64,000 nt of DNA, taken from NCBI RefSeq assembly GCF_009914755.1, contig NC_060925.1; one strand, given 5' to 3'. This DNA is from the human T2T-CHM13v2.0 reference genome, Homo sapiens. Both the position numbers and the translations under genes were made by a program. The notes beneath the pieces are model-generated. The model did not search any database and was not told where the DNA came from. It was given only the letters and a program-made list of their open reading frames with translations. Below, in pieces: positions 1 through 14,291 of this stretch (its first letter is position 1; every line of letters starts with the position of its first letter).

Positions 1-949
1 GTTTTGGAAATAATCCAAAATGCTTTAGTATATATTAGGAATTTTGTCAGTTCAATGCCAATGAGTTGTGGTTCAAAAAACCAGAGCATTTGGTAGGGTT
101 TCTCCCATTACATTATGAAAAGGTTAACAACTTAAATGGGAAATATAGTCATTGCCCCCATCTTTACCCACTCAGTTCATTAGTTTTTTTATTAAAAAGG
201 TGAGATTTCAGCATTGTTTCTGCGAGAATAATGTTTTACATTTATTTGGGACTCTTTATTGAGCATTTCTGTCTGTATGTTTGGAACTCTTAACCTCAAT
301 TAACTGCTGCTAAATGCAGAACACTTGCATATAGTGGGAAAAACAATCAGCAAAATTATGAACCATGGTGATATTTACATCATTATTTTACCTGGAGTAG
401 CCCCAAATGTATAGTTAAAATAAAATTTTCCAATAGTCATTTTATTCCATTCATTCATTACATTCATTTGCTTCCATTATGGTGTTAATATCAACAAACA
501 TTAATGAAGTTCCTATTGTGTGCTTGCATTGTGCTATGTGTTATATGTAAAAGAAAAAGAGGTCTAAGACTTAGCTCTCAAGAAGTTATTTCAAAATAAA
601 TATGTAAAGAGTAAGTAAAAAGATTCCAGTAACAATTTCAATCAAAGAGAAAATTTTTTAAAGCTCTTTATGATTTGTTTATAAATAAAACAATGCTATG
701 GAGATCATGAAGCAAGAGGCAACACTTTGGGGGAAGGTATTTTCTAGAGGAGGTAAAATTTAGTTGTATTTAGTAGGTGTTTTAGATAAATGAGTGGCAT
801 GAGTAAAATTAGAGAGGTGGGAAAATGCCCTGCTCATTTGGAGAACAGTGGGCAAACCAAGTTGGTTAGGAGGGAGATATATATGCTAGGATGAGATATG
901 GCCACATATATCAGTAAACTAGTGTGTACTGTGACTTTGAAAAATAGAG

Positions 950-1380
950 GATTATTTTGCAACCATGTAAAAGAAGTCCAAAGAAGGGACATCCAGAGCT
1001 TATGTGATGGCACCAAAGTTATCAAAGATTCAGCTTCACCCATCTTAGCACGTGGCCTACATCATGACGTTTGCCTTGTGGTGCAAAACAGTTGCTGAAG
1101 CTTGAGCCGTCACATCTGCCTTCTAGGCAAAAAAAAAAAAAAAAGTAAAGAATGAAGGGCAAAGGGATGTTCTCTCAGCTGAATCAGCTCCCCTTTTACA
1201 AATTCTCCTGAAAAAACTGTCCAACATTGCTTATATCTCACAGGCCACCCTAGTTGCACAGGAACCTGGAAAATGCATCCCTTTTCTGTGTATGTTGTCG
1301 CTCCAAACAAAATCAGGGTTCTGTTAGTAAGAATGAAGGGAGAATGGACATTAGGGAAGCAATTTGCAGAATATGTTCCA
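950..1380 (-). mobile_element. Old MaLR (MLT1-like) LTR remnant
   Basis: Degenerate similarity to MLT1J/K-type consensus, recognised by eye. Confidence 0.4.
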
Positions 1381-1953
1381 GAAAAGTCTGTGGGAATAAC
1401 AGAAAATAAAACTAAAAGAGTAAATTGGAACAAAATTGTATGGACTTAATAGTAATCGCATTCAAAATGTAGAATAAGTTTTAGAGGCTGTGAAGTAACA
1501 GAAATTGAGCAGTGAATTGAGCAGAGAAATTGAGAAATGAATATAGTCCTTCAGGAAGATTAATCTGACAAGCAGGACAAAGGATGGCTTGTAGGAAATG
1601 GGAGGCTGAAGACAGGCTAGGTATAGGTTCTTGCCGTAGTCCATGCAAGGGAGTGATAAGGACTTGAATGAAGGCAGTGTTAGCAATCATGGAAAGAAAG
1701 CGTGAGATTGGGAGATAAATACTGTTTAAACATGAGGCAAGGATGGAGAAATAACAAGGAAAACAAGTCATGGATTTGAAGCATAAGTGGCTGGGAGTTT
1801 CATGTCATCATTCAAAGAAATAAGAAAGTCAGAAGCCAGTTTCAAAGGAAATTTAAGTAGGTCAATCAAAACCTGCTACATATGAGGAAGTATTAGGTGG
1901 CCCTCCAGATGGAAAGGTCAAGCTAAACTGGATAGAAGAGAGACCAAGGATAG

Positions 1954-2287
<334 letters not shown>

Positions 2288-2735
2288 GTAAAGTTGCTAT
2301 ATTTCTAAGATAAGAGTATTTATGCAGAGCAAAAGAGATGCCAACGATCAAACCTTGAGATATTCCCATACTTATTGAGTAGATGGAAGATGAGGTCAGA
2401 AAAGGAGGAAGCCATGTCAGTAGAGGGTAGCCATAAGAAAATAACACAGATTTGTTATATGACATCATTCACAAAAATATTCAGTGTGATTTACCCCTAA
2501 ATCAACTAACTTGATGTCAAAAAGTAAATGTACTCCAGTGAGTAATTTTTCTTGTGAGATTCAAAGACTCACTGAAGATTCACTGTGACTCCAATTTTAC
2601 TATCTTTCTATACATTTCTGAATGACCAAGAGAGCTCGTAACAATTATTTCCTCCACAGAAACAAGGCAAGAAGGAAAAAAACTTTCACATGTAGAATTA
2701 TAAATGGAAAAATAAATTTTCTAGTTTTCTTAAAG

Positions 2736-2898
2736 ACCCTGGTTTCCGGTATAAAGAAATGTCCCAGCTTCTTAGTCACGGGCCAATGGGTTGTTGTTAC
2801 TGAAAAGGATGGGAAACAGGAATCTACTATTTTTGATGCTGTAATGATTTGTTCAGGACATCACGTATACCCCAATCTGCCAACGGATTCCTTTCCTG
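2736..2898 (+). pseudogene. FMO6P: FMO6P exon 4 (163 nt; [10 protein letters not shown]...PTDSFP)
   Basis: ttaaag|ACC acceptor and CTG|gtaagt donor; same length as FMO2 exon 4; [11 protein letters not shown] motif. Confidence 0.93.
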
Positions 2899-3574
2899 GT
2901 AAGTTTGGAAAATATATAATAATCTAGGGACTTATATGCAAACATCAAGAGTTAGAAACATATCTTTCTATAGGTATTACATAATGATTATTCTTAGATT
3001 TCAAAAGAAAAAAATTAAGTTTAATGATAGGATATAGTAATAAATAGCCTCATAAGTCCTTATGTTAAAATAATCAAGGACTGCAAGCCAGAGATCAGAC
3101 AAACACAAGTTCCTGTTTTACAGACAGTAACTCAAATATAAGTTCTAACAGCACACGGGGTCTCCGAGCACAGTTACATTAAAAAAAAGTAGAGTCCAAC
3201 TGCCAAATGGTTTAAAGAAAGACACGTTTACTTATGTTATTTATAGGAGACTCCTAGGTTTCTAATTTCATCTTCATCCACAATTTGCAAATAAACTTTA
3301 GAAATCTCAGTGATTTGTGTGTGGGTACACACATGGGTGTGTGTATAGCAGCATACTTCATTACCATCCGAAAGTGGCAAACCTCAAATAAATACAATAT
3401 ACATGGAGGCTTCCTTCCATTTTTCCTTCCTTCCTTGCCACAGGAACACAATCTACTCAAAGATATTAGAGTTTCCATGTCTAGGTATGATGTCCATAGG
3501 CCGAGGAAAATTAAAGAGTGAAGGTTCAGGAGGAATATAAGATTAAAACTCTTAATGTTAACGGGCAGCATATT

Positions 3575-3797
3575 TAATGTTTATGAGCATGGGATCAGAA
3601 CACCTGGCCTCAACTTACTATTCCACTAGTTCCTTACCACTTACCTTCTTTGTCTCAATTTCCTCTTCTTTTAAAATAGGGACAATAGCCCACCATGCAG
3701 GGATGTTATCAAGATTAAATAGTTAAAACGTGTAAAGCATTTATCAGAGGATCTAGCCCACAGAGTTAACTTAATAAATATTAACCATTATTATTAT
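3575..3797 (+). mobile_element. MIR SINE
   Basis: MIR core (tctcaatttcctc...taaaataggg) and aataaatatt tail. Confidence 0.65.
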
Positions 3798-4004
3798 CGA
3801 AACATACATTCTCATGCCTTAAGATTTTTTAAGGAACTAAAAGTAAGTTTTAGGGGGCTTAATGTCAAAAAATGCTAAATGGATAAATGCACTTCAACTA
3901 GGGAATTTTTTAATTACAACTGATAATAGGTTTAAAAAGACACAAAGAAAACATCTTCATAATTTCTGAAAATCAGTTCAAACAACTTGCCATGTTCCAC
4001 TTAG

Positions 4005-4147
4005 GCCTGGACCAGTTTCGAGGCAACTACCTCCATAGCCGGGATTATAAGAATCCAGAAGCCTTCAAGGGGAAGAGGGTCCTCGTGATTGGTCTGGGGA
4101 ATTCGGGATCTGACATTGCTGTTGAGCTCAGCCGTCTGGCTACACAG
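4005..4147 (+). pseudogene. FMO6P: FMO6P exon 5 (143 nt; FMO fingerprint and NADPH-binding motif)
   Basis: cttag|GC acceptor and CAG|gtacat donor; [16 protein letters not shown]...[21 protein letters not shown]. Confidence 0.95.
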
Positions 4148-5447
4148 GTACATGACGTAAAGGTTTTGGGAAATAAACCTAAGGTAGGGCTGTGCTACTA
4201 AATCAGTAGCCAAGGCACAGAGGATGGTACTTCTATGTCACACCACAAGAGATCCACCTCTTCTATGTGGCCCTTCAAATCAAGGAGGACTTGAGACATC
4301 CTCCATGTGAAGCCAGGTAATGTGGCCCGTGCTAGTAAGGAAGTACATTCCACTGAATCCAGAAGTAAGTGCATGAGTGCGTGTATGTACAGATGAGTGT
4401 GTATGTGTGTATTTCTTGTTTTCATTTTATATTCTGATCACCTCCAAATAGACTAGTTCCTGGTCAGGCTTAATCTTTATTTATTTAACAGTATTTATTA
4501 TAACGTATCATGCAAAAAGCACTGTGTTTACCACTCTGAAGTTCTGAAAGATATGCATGACTTGGTATTTACTAACATTAATTCAATCAACAGCAGATGC
4601 TCAACAAATATTGGGCACTTACTATGCTTACTATGTGTCAGAACTATGATAAACTAAAAATAAATGCATAAATAAGTTAGACTAGTTCCTGACTTCAAGA
4701 AAGAGTCAATGGATGGAGATGGAGTTGACAGGTACACACAGACTATCACCAGAGGAGATGGTGAGTCTTCCAGTAGAATTAGGTGTGGCAATAGCAACAC
4801 AGGGAAAAGAGAATCTAACTTAGCCTGGATGAGGTCAAGGAAGACTTCCCAGAGGACTCCAAGCTAAATCATGTATCATCGATAGACCCTAAAGAAACAA
4901 CATATTTTTAAGAAAACAGGTTCTCAATAAATAAATTCTTAAATGGATGTAAATAAAACCTAAATTTTTTAAACTAAAAATTCCCTTCAGTTATCACAAA
5001 GTTAAAGTCTATTTTGCAAAGACGGTAAAATAGATAAGCAGCCAGACTCATCTCAGGGCTGAGGCGGTTGCCATGGTTTGGGTTGCTCAGGAGAAGTCCT
5101 TGGGGTATGTGTATAGGGAGAACTGGAAAAGGCAACCAGAGACAGAGAACAGAATTAAATCCTTGACATCTCGTCAGCCTAATTTCAGCTAGAGATTTAG
5201 CTACACTTTTCCCACACCTAGTCCACTATCACCAGCCACAACCACTGGGGCTCACTGGATCATCTGGTCCCTACCAGACTTGCCATCTTAGTCTATGAGT
5301 ATGTGAAGATTAAACCATCACAGTTGAACACAGAGCCCTGTTGTTCCTAGAGGTATGATTCTAATCCTTTCAACAACTACACACCAGCCCTCAGGGGCAG
5401 TGAAAGAATCCTGTCTCTACTAGTTTAAATTTTAGACTTTAAAAAAA

Positions 5448-5795
5448 TTTTTTTTTATTTTAAGTTCTGGGATACATGTACAGAACATGCATAGGTCTGC
5501 ACATGCCATGGTGGTTTGCTGCACCTATCAACCCTTCATCTAGATTTTAAGCCCCACATGCATTAGGTATTTGTCTTAATGCTCTCCCTCCCCTAGCCCT
5601 CCATCCCCCCGACAGGCCTTGGTGTGTGTTGTTCCCCTTCCTGTGTCCATGTGTTCTCATGATTCAACTCCTGCTTATGAGTGAGAACATGCAGTGTTCG
5701 GTTTTCTGTTCCTGTGTTAGTTTGCTGAGGATGATGGTTTCCAGCTTCATCCATGTCCCTGCAAAGGACATGAACTCATTCTTTTTTATGGCTGC
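5448..5795 (-). mobile_element. L1PA 3' end fragment
   Basis: Reverse L1 3'UTR (gtgagaacatgcagtgtt...caaaggacatgaactcattc). Confidence 0.9.
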
Positions 5796-5938
5796 TAGAC
5801 AACTTATTTAGACTCGCCTTTTAAAAGTGTTCCTACTTGGATATTGAGGAAAATGCACGGAAGTGCCCAAAGAAGTGTGTTGTGTTTGCTTATTTCTTAC
5901 AGAGTAATGCTGAAATCTGTGTTGCTTTTCCCCACCAG

Positions 5939-6138
5939 GTCATTATCAGTACCAGAAGTGCTTCCTGGGTCATGAGTCGGGTCTGGGATGATGGCTATCC
6001 TTGGGATATGATGTATGTTACCCGCTTTGCATCCTTTCTCCGGAATGTCCTTCCTTCATTCATCTCTGACTGGTTATATGTCCAGAAGATGAACACGTGG
6101 TTTAAGCATGAGAACTATGGCCTGATGCCTTTAAATGG
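5939..6138 (+). pseudogene. FMO6P: FMO6P exon 6 (200 nt)
   Basis: caccag|GTC acceptor and TGG|gtactt donor; [23 protein letters not shown]...[10 protein letters not shown]. Confidence 0.93.
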
Positions 6139-7143
6139 GTACTTAAAAATGGAAATTTTTTTTATTCAAAAAAGGGGGGCACTCATTTAATGAATTTATT
6201 CTCTCTAGAACTTACTTTTGTTGTCTCATTGAGCCTAGAAACATTAAACTCAAGGTTTCATAGGTGACGGAATATGCCCAGAGACCACGTATGGCTTGGA
6301 AAACTTATTGAAATTAGTCCAGTACAGAAAGGGTATGGAAAAATCTGAAATGGAGATGACGCAGGCAGATAAATCACCCTGACATGCATGATGCATTTGT
6401 GGTGGCTACAAGCTATAGCATAGAACTTTGAGGACTGAAGAAACTCAAATTGGTTTTTGGAAGAATATCTTGTCCGTGCTTATGGGTGTATGAAGACATC
6501 AATAATAATACTTGCTTCTCAAGATGGTTGTGGTATTCAATAATATAAAAATATAAAAATTGCTTTCTAAATGATAAAGCTTTAAAAAAATTGGTTCTTC
6601 TTAGTCTCAATTTTTCTAATGTGCTTCAAAGGAGCAAATAACAAAATAGTGTTAATCAACATGTCTCAGCAAGTAGGAAGTCTCAAAACAAAAGTGCACA
6701 CTTCCTCCACCCCTGAAATGTTGACATTTTTGCAGAACCATCAGGAGGCATGGAACACATAAAGTAATGGAGAGTCACAACTAACGTGGCCTGTAAGATT
6801 AGTCAGATTCATTTATTTACTTCTTTATAGAGACAGGGCCCAACATTTACTAATTAGGAAGTCATTCCAGGTAGAAGAATCAGCATATCAATAGAAAAAA
6901 AGAATATTTAAGTTGGTAAGAAAAGAAAGAATTGAGAAATTTTATCTCCTGGCCCATGCTAGCCAAAAAGTTTCATTGTGTTTAGAGAAAGATGGTAAGA
7001 AAAAGGAGGAACTGTAAATCAAAAGAGCAAATGCCAGATTTAGGAGCTAAACTGTCAGTCCAAAGCACTTATACTACCAAGTCTTGCAGGCTGCTATAAC
7101 CCTTTAAAATATGTTGATTTTATGCATTTAAAATTATGTTTAA

Positions 7144-7320
7144 CACTGGGGCTTGCTTGACAGTAGAGGGTGGGAGGAGGAAGAGAATCAGAAAAAAATA
7201 CTTATCAGGTACTATGCTTATTACCCAGGCGACAAAATTATCTATACACCAAACCCCTGTGACACACAATTTACTTATATAACAAACCATGGACCCCCAA
7301 ACCTAAAATAAAAGTTTTTA
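7144..7320 (+). mobile_element. 5'-truncated older L1P 3' end with 14-bp TSD
   Basis: L1 3'UTR ending aaataaaag; TSD aaaattatgtttaa at 7130-7143 and 7321-7334. Confidence 0.8.
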
Positions 7321-7879
7321 AAAATTATGTTTAATATAGTAAGTCCCATAGCTTGAGCTGGTTAAGATTTTTTATCTTGTAAGAGTAACTATAAATTATA
7401 TTTTGGCCTTGCCATTTAGACAATTAAAACATAGTTTTAGAAATTCATTCATTCTGAAAACTAAGCTTCCTTTTGGAAAGGGTTCCAATTACCCTAAGTT
7501 TCTGGAGGGAGAAAGGGGGAGGAAAAACAGGTTTCATTGTGGTCTATGTTTTGCTACCTTGTAAGGTAAAAGAAGAGGTTGCAGGATTAGATAAACAGAA
7601 AATGATGTGGAAGTATAGAGACAAATTTCAGGATTTACAAGGTTTCTTTGTGTCTGAGATACTTGCAGGAAATTCCGGAATCTCAAAGGAAACTTAAATC
7701 AAAATGAAATATATTGTCCTGAAAAATATTATTCCTAGAATTTTGGCAACTAAAATGCAATATCAAAGTTGTTACACTTTTTTGTGGACACAGCTGATGA
7801 AAGAAAACCAAACATGGCAATAAAACTTCCCACCACTGCAAGTCTGATTTCTCCATGTAAGACAAGACGTTAAAGTTAT

Positions 7880-8108
7880 GATAATAGTGCACTTATAACA
7901 ACAGTGCTTGCATGTGCCAGGAACTGTTTTAAGTGCTTTAAGGATAATTGATCATTTAATTTTCACAACAACCTATGAGGAAGATTCCATCATCATCCCC
8001 ATTTTACACATAAAGAAACAAATACAGAAAAGTAACAACTAGTAAGAGATGGAGCTAGGTTATGAACCTGGGCCATCTGCTTCCAGAGTTGGCGTTCTTA
8101 ACCACTTT
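7880..8108 (-). mobile_element. MIR SINE
   Basis: Reverse MIR core (cccattttacacataaagaaac). Confidence 0.75.
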
Positions 8109-8288
8109 AGTATGTCTATAAATTAGTTTTAGTCTCATTTAGGAAAGGAATTGCCATGAGAGAAGAGAGTCAGTGGCACTCATGCTGATGTTTAACTGCT
8201 TGATGTTATTTCAATGTTATGGGCTGTTGCAGGTATTTCTTGGAAATGAGCTATTTACAGCAAGGGTGTTTGCCTCTCATTGCTGTAG

Positions 8289-8644
8289 TTCCCTGAGAAA
8301 AGAGCCTGTGTTCAATGATGAGCTCCCATCCCGCATCCTGTGTGGCACTCTGTCCATCAAGCCCAGTGTGAAGGAGTTCACGGAAACCTCAGCTGTGTTT
8401 GAGGATGGGACCATGTTTGAGGCTATCGACTCTGTCATCTTTGCAACAGGCTATGATTATTCCTACCCCTTCCTTGATGAGACCATCATGAAAAGCAGAA
8501 ACAATGAGGTTACCTTGTTTAAAGGCATCTTCCCCCCACTAATGGAGAAGCCAACCTTGGCTGTGATTGGCTTGGTTCAGTCCCTTGGAGCTGCCATCCC
8601 CACAGCAGACCTGCAAGCCTGGTGGGCTGCTAAAGTATTTGCAA
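8289..8644 (+). pseudogene. FMO6P: FMO6P exon 7 (356 nt)
   Basis: ctgtag|T acceptor and GCAA|gtaggt donor; [10 protein letters not shown]...FATGY...GLVQSLG. Confidence 0.95.
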
Positions 8645-8663
8645 GTAGGTGGGCCATTCTGTC

Positions 8664-9110
8664 TTTCATTCATTTTATCAATGAACATTTACTGAACACC
8701 TGCTATATGCAAAGCACTGTGCTAGGGATACAATGAGAACAAGACAAACATGTTCCTTGACCTCTCAAGGCTTAAAATGGGGTGTGGGGGATGCCATAAT
8801 AGGGGAAATTTGGGGGGGTTCTAGTGAGGGGAGTTGGACTGTTGCACAGAGCAAACAGTATACAGGAAGTCATAAAGGTGAGGGAAAGCATGAAATGTGT
8901 AAGGACCCAGAAACATTTTGGTGGAAGGGAATATAAAGCAGAGGCAGGGAGTGGCAAGAAATATAGGTTTATAAGCCACGTTAAAGAGCTTAAACTTCTC
9001 ATAGGGATTAAGGACTTCGCAAGATTTTAAGCAAGAAAAAAATAGCAGAGGATAACTGCAATGTCAGGCTACATTATAAAGATTGGAAGGGCCCTGGTGA
9101 GGGTTGGAGG
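8664..9110 (-). mobile_element. L2 fragment
   Basis: (ttca)n tail followed by atttactgaacacctgctatatgc typical of a reverse L2 3' end. Confidence 0.6.
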
Positions 9111-10520
9111 TGTGCCAGAAACCTCACTGGTGTCAACTTCTGTCAGAATAACAAAGTCAGGCCACTCTGATTCTCATGACAATCTTCTTCTTCTCTCCCT
9201 CTACTCTAGACCTCATGGTCTCCAGGGGCTACAAGTATGCTTATGTGAGGAAATCAAGAATATGAGGATTACATGGAGAAAGGCAATGTCTCAAATATAT
9301 TAATTTACTCCAGTCATACTGAATATTATCATTATTATTGAAAAGTGTTCTTTTATTCAGGTATTCTCCAAAATATTGACCAATATAGGTATAACTTACC
9401 TAACATAACTAATCCATAAAAACTTACACTATTGGTAATTAACAAACCATTACAATCATGGAATATATGTATATATATTGTCTAAAACTTTGTAGATAAA
9501 TAAATTTCTATTTCAAATACACCATGAAAGATCATTATTTAAATAAACCCCATCATGAAATCTTTTGTAAAGGTGCTCCCTGCAAAATACTTCTATTGCC
9601 TTTTTCCTTCGAAAGGCACAACAATGCCAAGAGCCTGGGGTATTATGAGAAGACTGGATATAGTTCATAAACCTAAGAAATTTACATGAAGCAAATGGTA
9701 TCATTTATTTATTCAGCAAATACTTACTGAACACCTACTATGTGTCAGGCTCTAACCTGGCACTTAGGACACAACAACAAACGAAGCAGAACAAAATTCT
9801 GGCCTCTTACTTTCTAGCAGGGTGTCCAGCCAATATCAATCATAGGGTACTACCAGGTTGACATAAGACACTAACGATGACTGGGAAATATTCATGCACT
9901 GCAAATTTTAGAGTAACTTTCTTCCACTGTTACAAAGGCAAATAAGCTACCATCACCAGTTAAAAGAAGTTGCATTGATGTAGTGAAATTCACAAAAAGC
10001 TAAAACTTGTCTGCTGCCCCTTAAAACACCTTGCATAGTTGCAGAAGATGTTTAAAATCCTATGCTTCCTTCCATTACCTCATTTAAAATGGCAGAAACC
10101 TTAAAGGGAACTGTTTTACCAGATTCTTTCTTCAGAGAAGTTTTAGGAAAAGGATACAGAAAAAAAAGGAAGAAATTATTAAGCTATTATATGCATGAAG
10201 TGTACTGAGCACATATGTTGAGGATTAGGTCCTCTATAATGTTACCGAAATAAGAGACTGAGTGATTTGAAGCTACAAATGTCTCTGCTGTCACTATCTC
10301 ACTACAGGCCAGCTTTGCCATTCCCAAAGGTTCATTAACTTTTCAGATCTTTGTTTCTATGAACTGGTATTTTGCTAAAGATATCAAAGACATCTCCAGC
10401 TCCTCTTAATACAAAAGTTTTCAGGAATACAGTTTATAAAAACCAAATGATTTCCATCATATGTCATTATATATTTCTGATTTGTGTTTTTCAATATTTT
10501 TCTCTTCATTTCTTTTCTAG

Positions 10521-10593
10521 ACTCATGTACCCTGCCAACCACGAATGAAATGATGGATGACACTGATGAGAAAATGGGGAAAAAACTCAAGTG
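10521..10593 (+). pseudogene. FMO6P: FMO6P exon 8 (73 nt)
   Basis: ttttctag|AC acceptor and AGTG|gtaagc donor; NSCTLPTTNEMMDDTDEKMGKKLK; absent from the ORF track because it is short. Confidence 0.9.
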
Positions 10594-10776
10594 GTAAGCA
10601 GCTAACTGTACTTGCTAATAGAGCAAGTCCTAAAATGTGCCTTTATGTGTAGAAAAACATTAATATGCTTTAATATTGTCATTAGTCAGAGTTTACATTT
10701 TCTGAACACTTGCAATAATCAAAAAATGTTTAGATAGTAAACAGTCATCACACTTCTCTTGTGTAACTCAAGAATA

Positions 10777-10990
10777 GAGGTTTTCTATCAGGGATAATTT
10801 TGCCCTCCAGGTGACATATGGCAAAATCTGGAGACACTTTTGGTCATTGTGAGTGGAGAGGGCATGCTATCAGCATCTTATGAGTAGAGAACAGGGATTC
10901 TGCTAACCATCCAACAATGCAGAGCACAGTTCACCAAAACAATTATCTGGCTCAAAATGTCAATAGTGCTGAGGTTAAGAAACAACTCTA
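10777..10990 (+). mobile_element. MER20 (hAT-Charlie) DNA transposon
   Basis: ttttgccctccag...tctggagacacttttgg...aaatgtcaatagtgctgaggttaagaaac. Confidence 0.8.
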
Positions 10991-11067
10991 TAAATGACTA
11001 CAGTTGACCTTTGAACAACACAGGTTTGAATTATATGGGTCCACTTATACATGGATTTTTTCAATTA

Positions 11068-11418
<351 letters not shown>

Positions 11419-11422
11419 TCAA

Positions 11423-11718
<296 letters not shown>

Positions 11719-14291
11719 TCAAAGATGAATTGTGTAGCCTAGAAATATTTTAAAAAATTAAGAAAAAGATGCCATGTATAAAATATTTGTAGATACTAGT
11801 CTATTTTATCATTTACTACCATAAAATATACACAAATCTATTATTAAAAATTAAAATTTATCAAAACTAAATGCATACAAACTCTTAGACTATACATGGC
11901 ACCATTCATAGTCAACAGAAATGTAAACAAACATAAAGATGCAATATTGTCATAACTGCATAAAATATAGCACATAATGTGCTAGTATAATAATTTTGCA
12001 GTCACCTCTTGTTGGTATTGCAGTGAGCTCAAGTGTTTTGAGTATCTACTTAAAATGCTGTGTGACATTAGTCATTTTCACCTGAGCAGTTCATATCTCC
12101 AGTAAATTCTGCCTCACAGTAAAAAGTGATCTCTCAAGGTTCTCACATATTTTTATCATGTTTAGTGCAATACCTTAAGCCTTTAATAACACCATGGGCT
12201 CCATATGAAGTGTCATTAATGATGTTGGAAGTGCTCCCAAGAAGCAGAGAAAAGTTATGACATTATAATAAAAAAATTGAGTTGCTTAATGTATACTATA
12301 CATTGAGGTCTGCAGCTATAGTTGCCCACCATTTCAAGATAAATGAATCCAGTGCAACTATGCCAGCAGGCATGAAATCTTGCACTTTTTGTAAAATATC
12401 TTTTTATTTTGGATTGAAAATGCAGCTTTTTATGTGGGTGCAGGATTGCTATAAGAAAGTATACATATAGACTCTAATATAATTTGAGAAAAAGTGAAGT
12501 TATTATATGACAAAGCAAAAGGAAGGTGAAGGATCTAGAGCTGGAAAAGTTAATGCCAGCAAAGGATGATTTGATTACATCAGAAAGAGTTTGGCTTCAA
12601 AAATGTCAAGATAACAGGAGACACGCATGCTGCCAACCAAGAAGAAGGAGATGAATTCCCAGATGTCATTATGAAAATCATTGAGGAGAAAGGATTTCTG
12701 CCTGAACAGATTTTTAACACAGACAAAAGTGCCCTATTCTGGAAAAAAAAAAAAAAAAAAAAGCCACAAAGGCCATTTATTAATAAGGAGCAGAAGTGAG
12801 CACCAAGATTAGGCAGGAAAGAATAAGCTAACTACTGTTTTGTGCAAATGCAGTCAGATTTATGATCAGGATGGCCCCTACCTATGAAGCTACCCCCTCA
12901 AACCTTGAAGGGAAAAGATGAATATCAGCTTCCTATCTTTTGGTTATACAAGACCCTTTTTCTGGATTAGCTCTGTCAATGCTTTGTCCCTGAAGTCAGA
13001 AAGTCCTTGCCAATAAGAGACTGCCTTTTAAAGTTTTTTTGATATAGACAATGCCCCTGACCACCCAGAACCCCATGAGTTCAACATGGAAGGCATCGAA
13101 GTAGTCTAATTTCCCCCAAACACAACATTCTAATTCAGCCTTTATATCAGGGAGTCATAAGGACCTTTAAGGCTCATCACATACCATACTCTATGGAAAA
13201 GATAGTCAATGCTGTGGAAGATAACCCAATAGAGAGAACATCATGAAAGTCTGGAAGGATTATACCATTGAAGATGCCCTAATTGTTATAGAAAAAGCCA
13301 TGAAAGCCATCAATCCTAAAACAACATATTTCTCCTGGAGAAAACTATGTCCAGATGTTATATATGACTTCAGAGGATTTACAACAGACCAGTCACAGAA
13401 ATCATGAAAAAGATTATGGATATGGCAAAATAAAAAGGTGAGGGTGAAGGGTTTCAAGATATGGATCATGGAGAAATTCAACAGCTAATAGACACCACTA
13501 ATAGACACTTTTAATTCCACACTAGAGGAACTAAAAGATGATTTGATGGAGATGAGTCCTTCCAAAGCAGTGCCAGATGAGAACGAAGACATAGAAAAAG
13601 CCATGCCAGAAATAAATTGACATTAGATCATCTGGCAGACAGTTTCCAGTTATTTAAGACTTCTTTTGACTTCTTTTATATAACATGGACCCTTCTATGA
13701 TACAGGCACTGAAACTAAAGCAAATGATAGAGGAAGGATTACTACTATATAGAAAATTTTTAGAGAAATAAAAAAGCAAAGTCAGACAGAAATTATAATA
13801 TATTTCCATAATTACACCAATGGGCCTGCCTCTCCTGCCCCCAATTCTACCTCCTCCATCTCTTCCGCTTCTGCCACCCCTGAAACAGCAAGACCAACCC
13901 CTTCTGTTTCTCCTCCTCCTCCTCAGCCTACTCAACATAAAGATGATAAGGATGAAGACATTTATGATAAACCACTTCCACTTAATGAATAGTAAACATA
14001 TTTTTTCTTCCTCATAATTTTCTTAATAACATTTTCTTTTCTCCATATTACTTTATTGTAAGAATAGTATTTAATACGTATGACATATAAAATATGTGTT
14101 AATCAACTGTTTGCATTATTGGTAAGGCTTCCAGTCAACAGGTTATTAAGAGTTAAGTATTTGGGGAGTCAAAAGTTATACATGGATTTTTGACTGCAAG
14201 AGGGCTCAATGCCCCTAACCCCTCAGTTCTTCCAAAGTCAACTGATATAGGAAGTTTCTTTACTTTTTCAAGCATTTAACATTGCATTGAT

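Noticed and set aside
12190-14017. Functional or domesticated Tigger transposase
   Set aside because: Many stops, frameshifts and a poly-A expansion; only short motif remnants survive.
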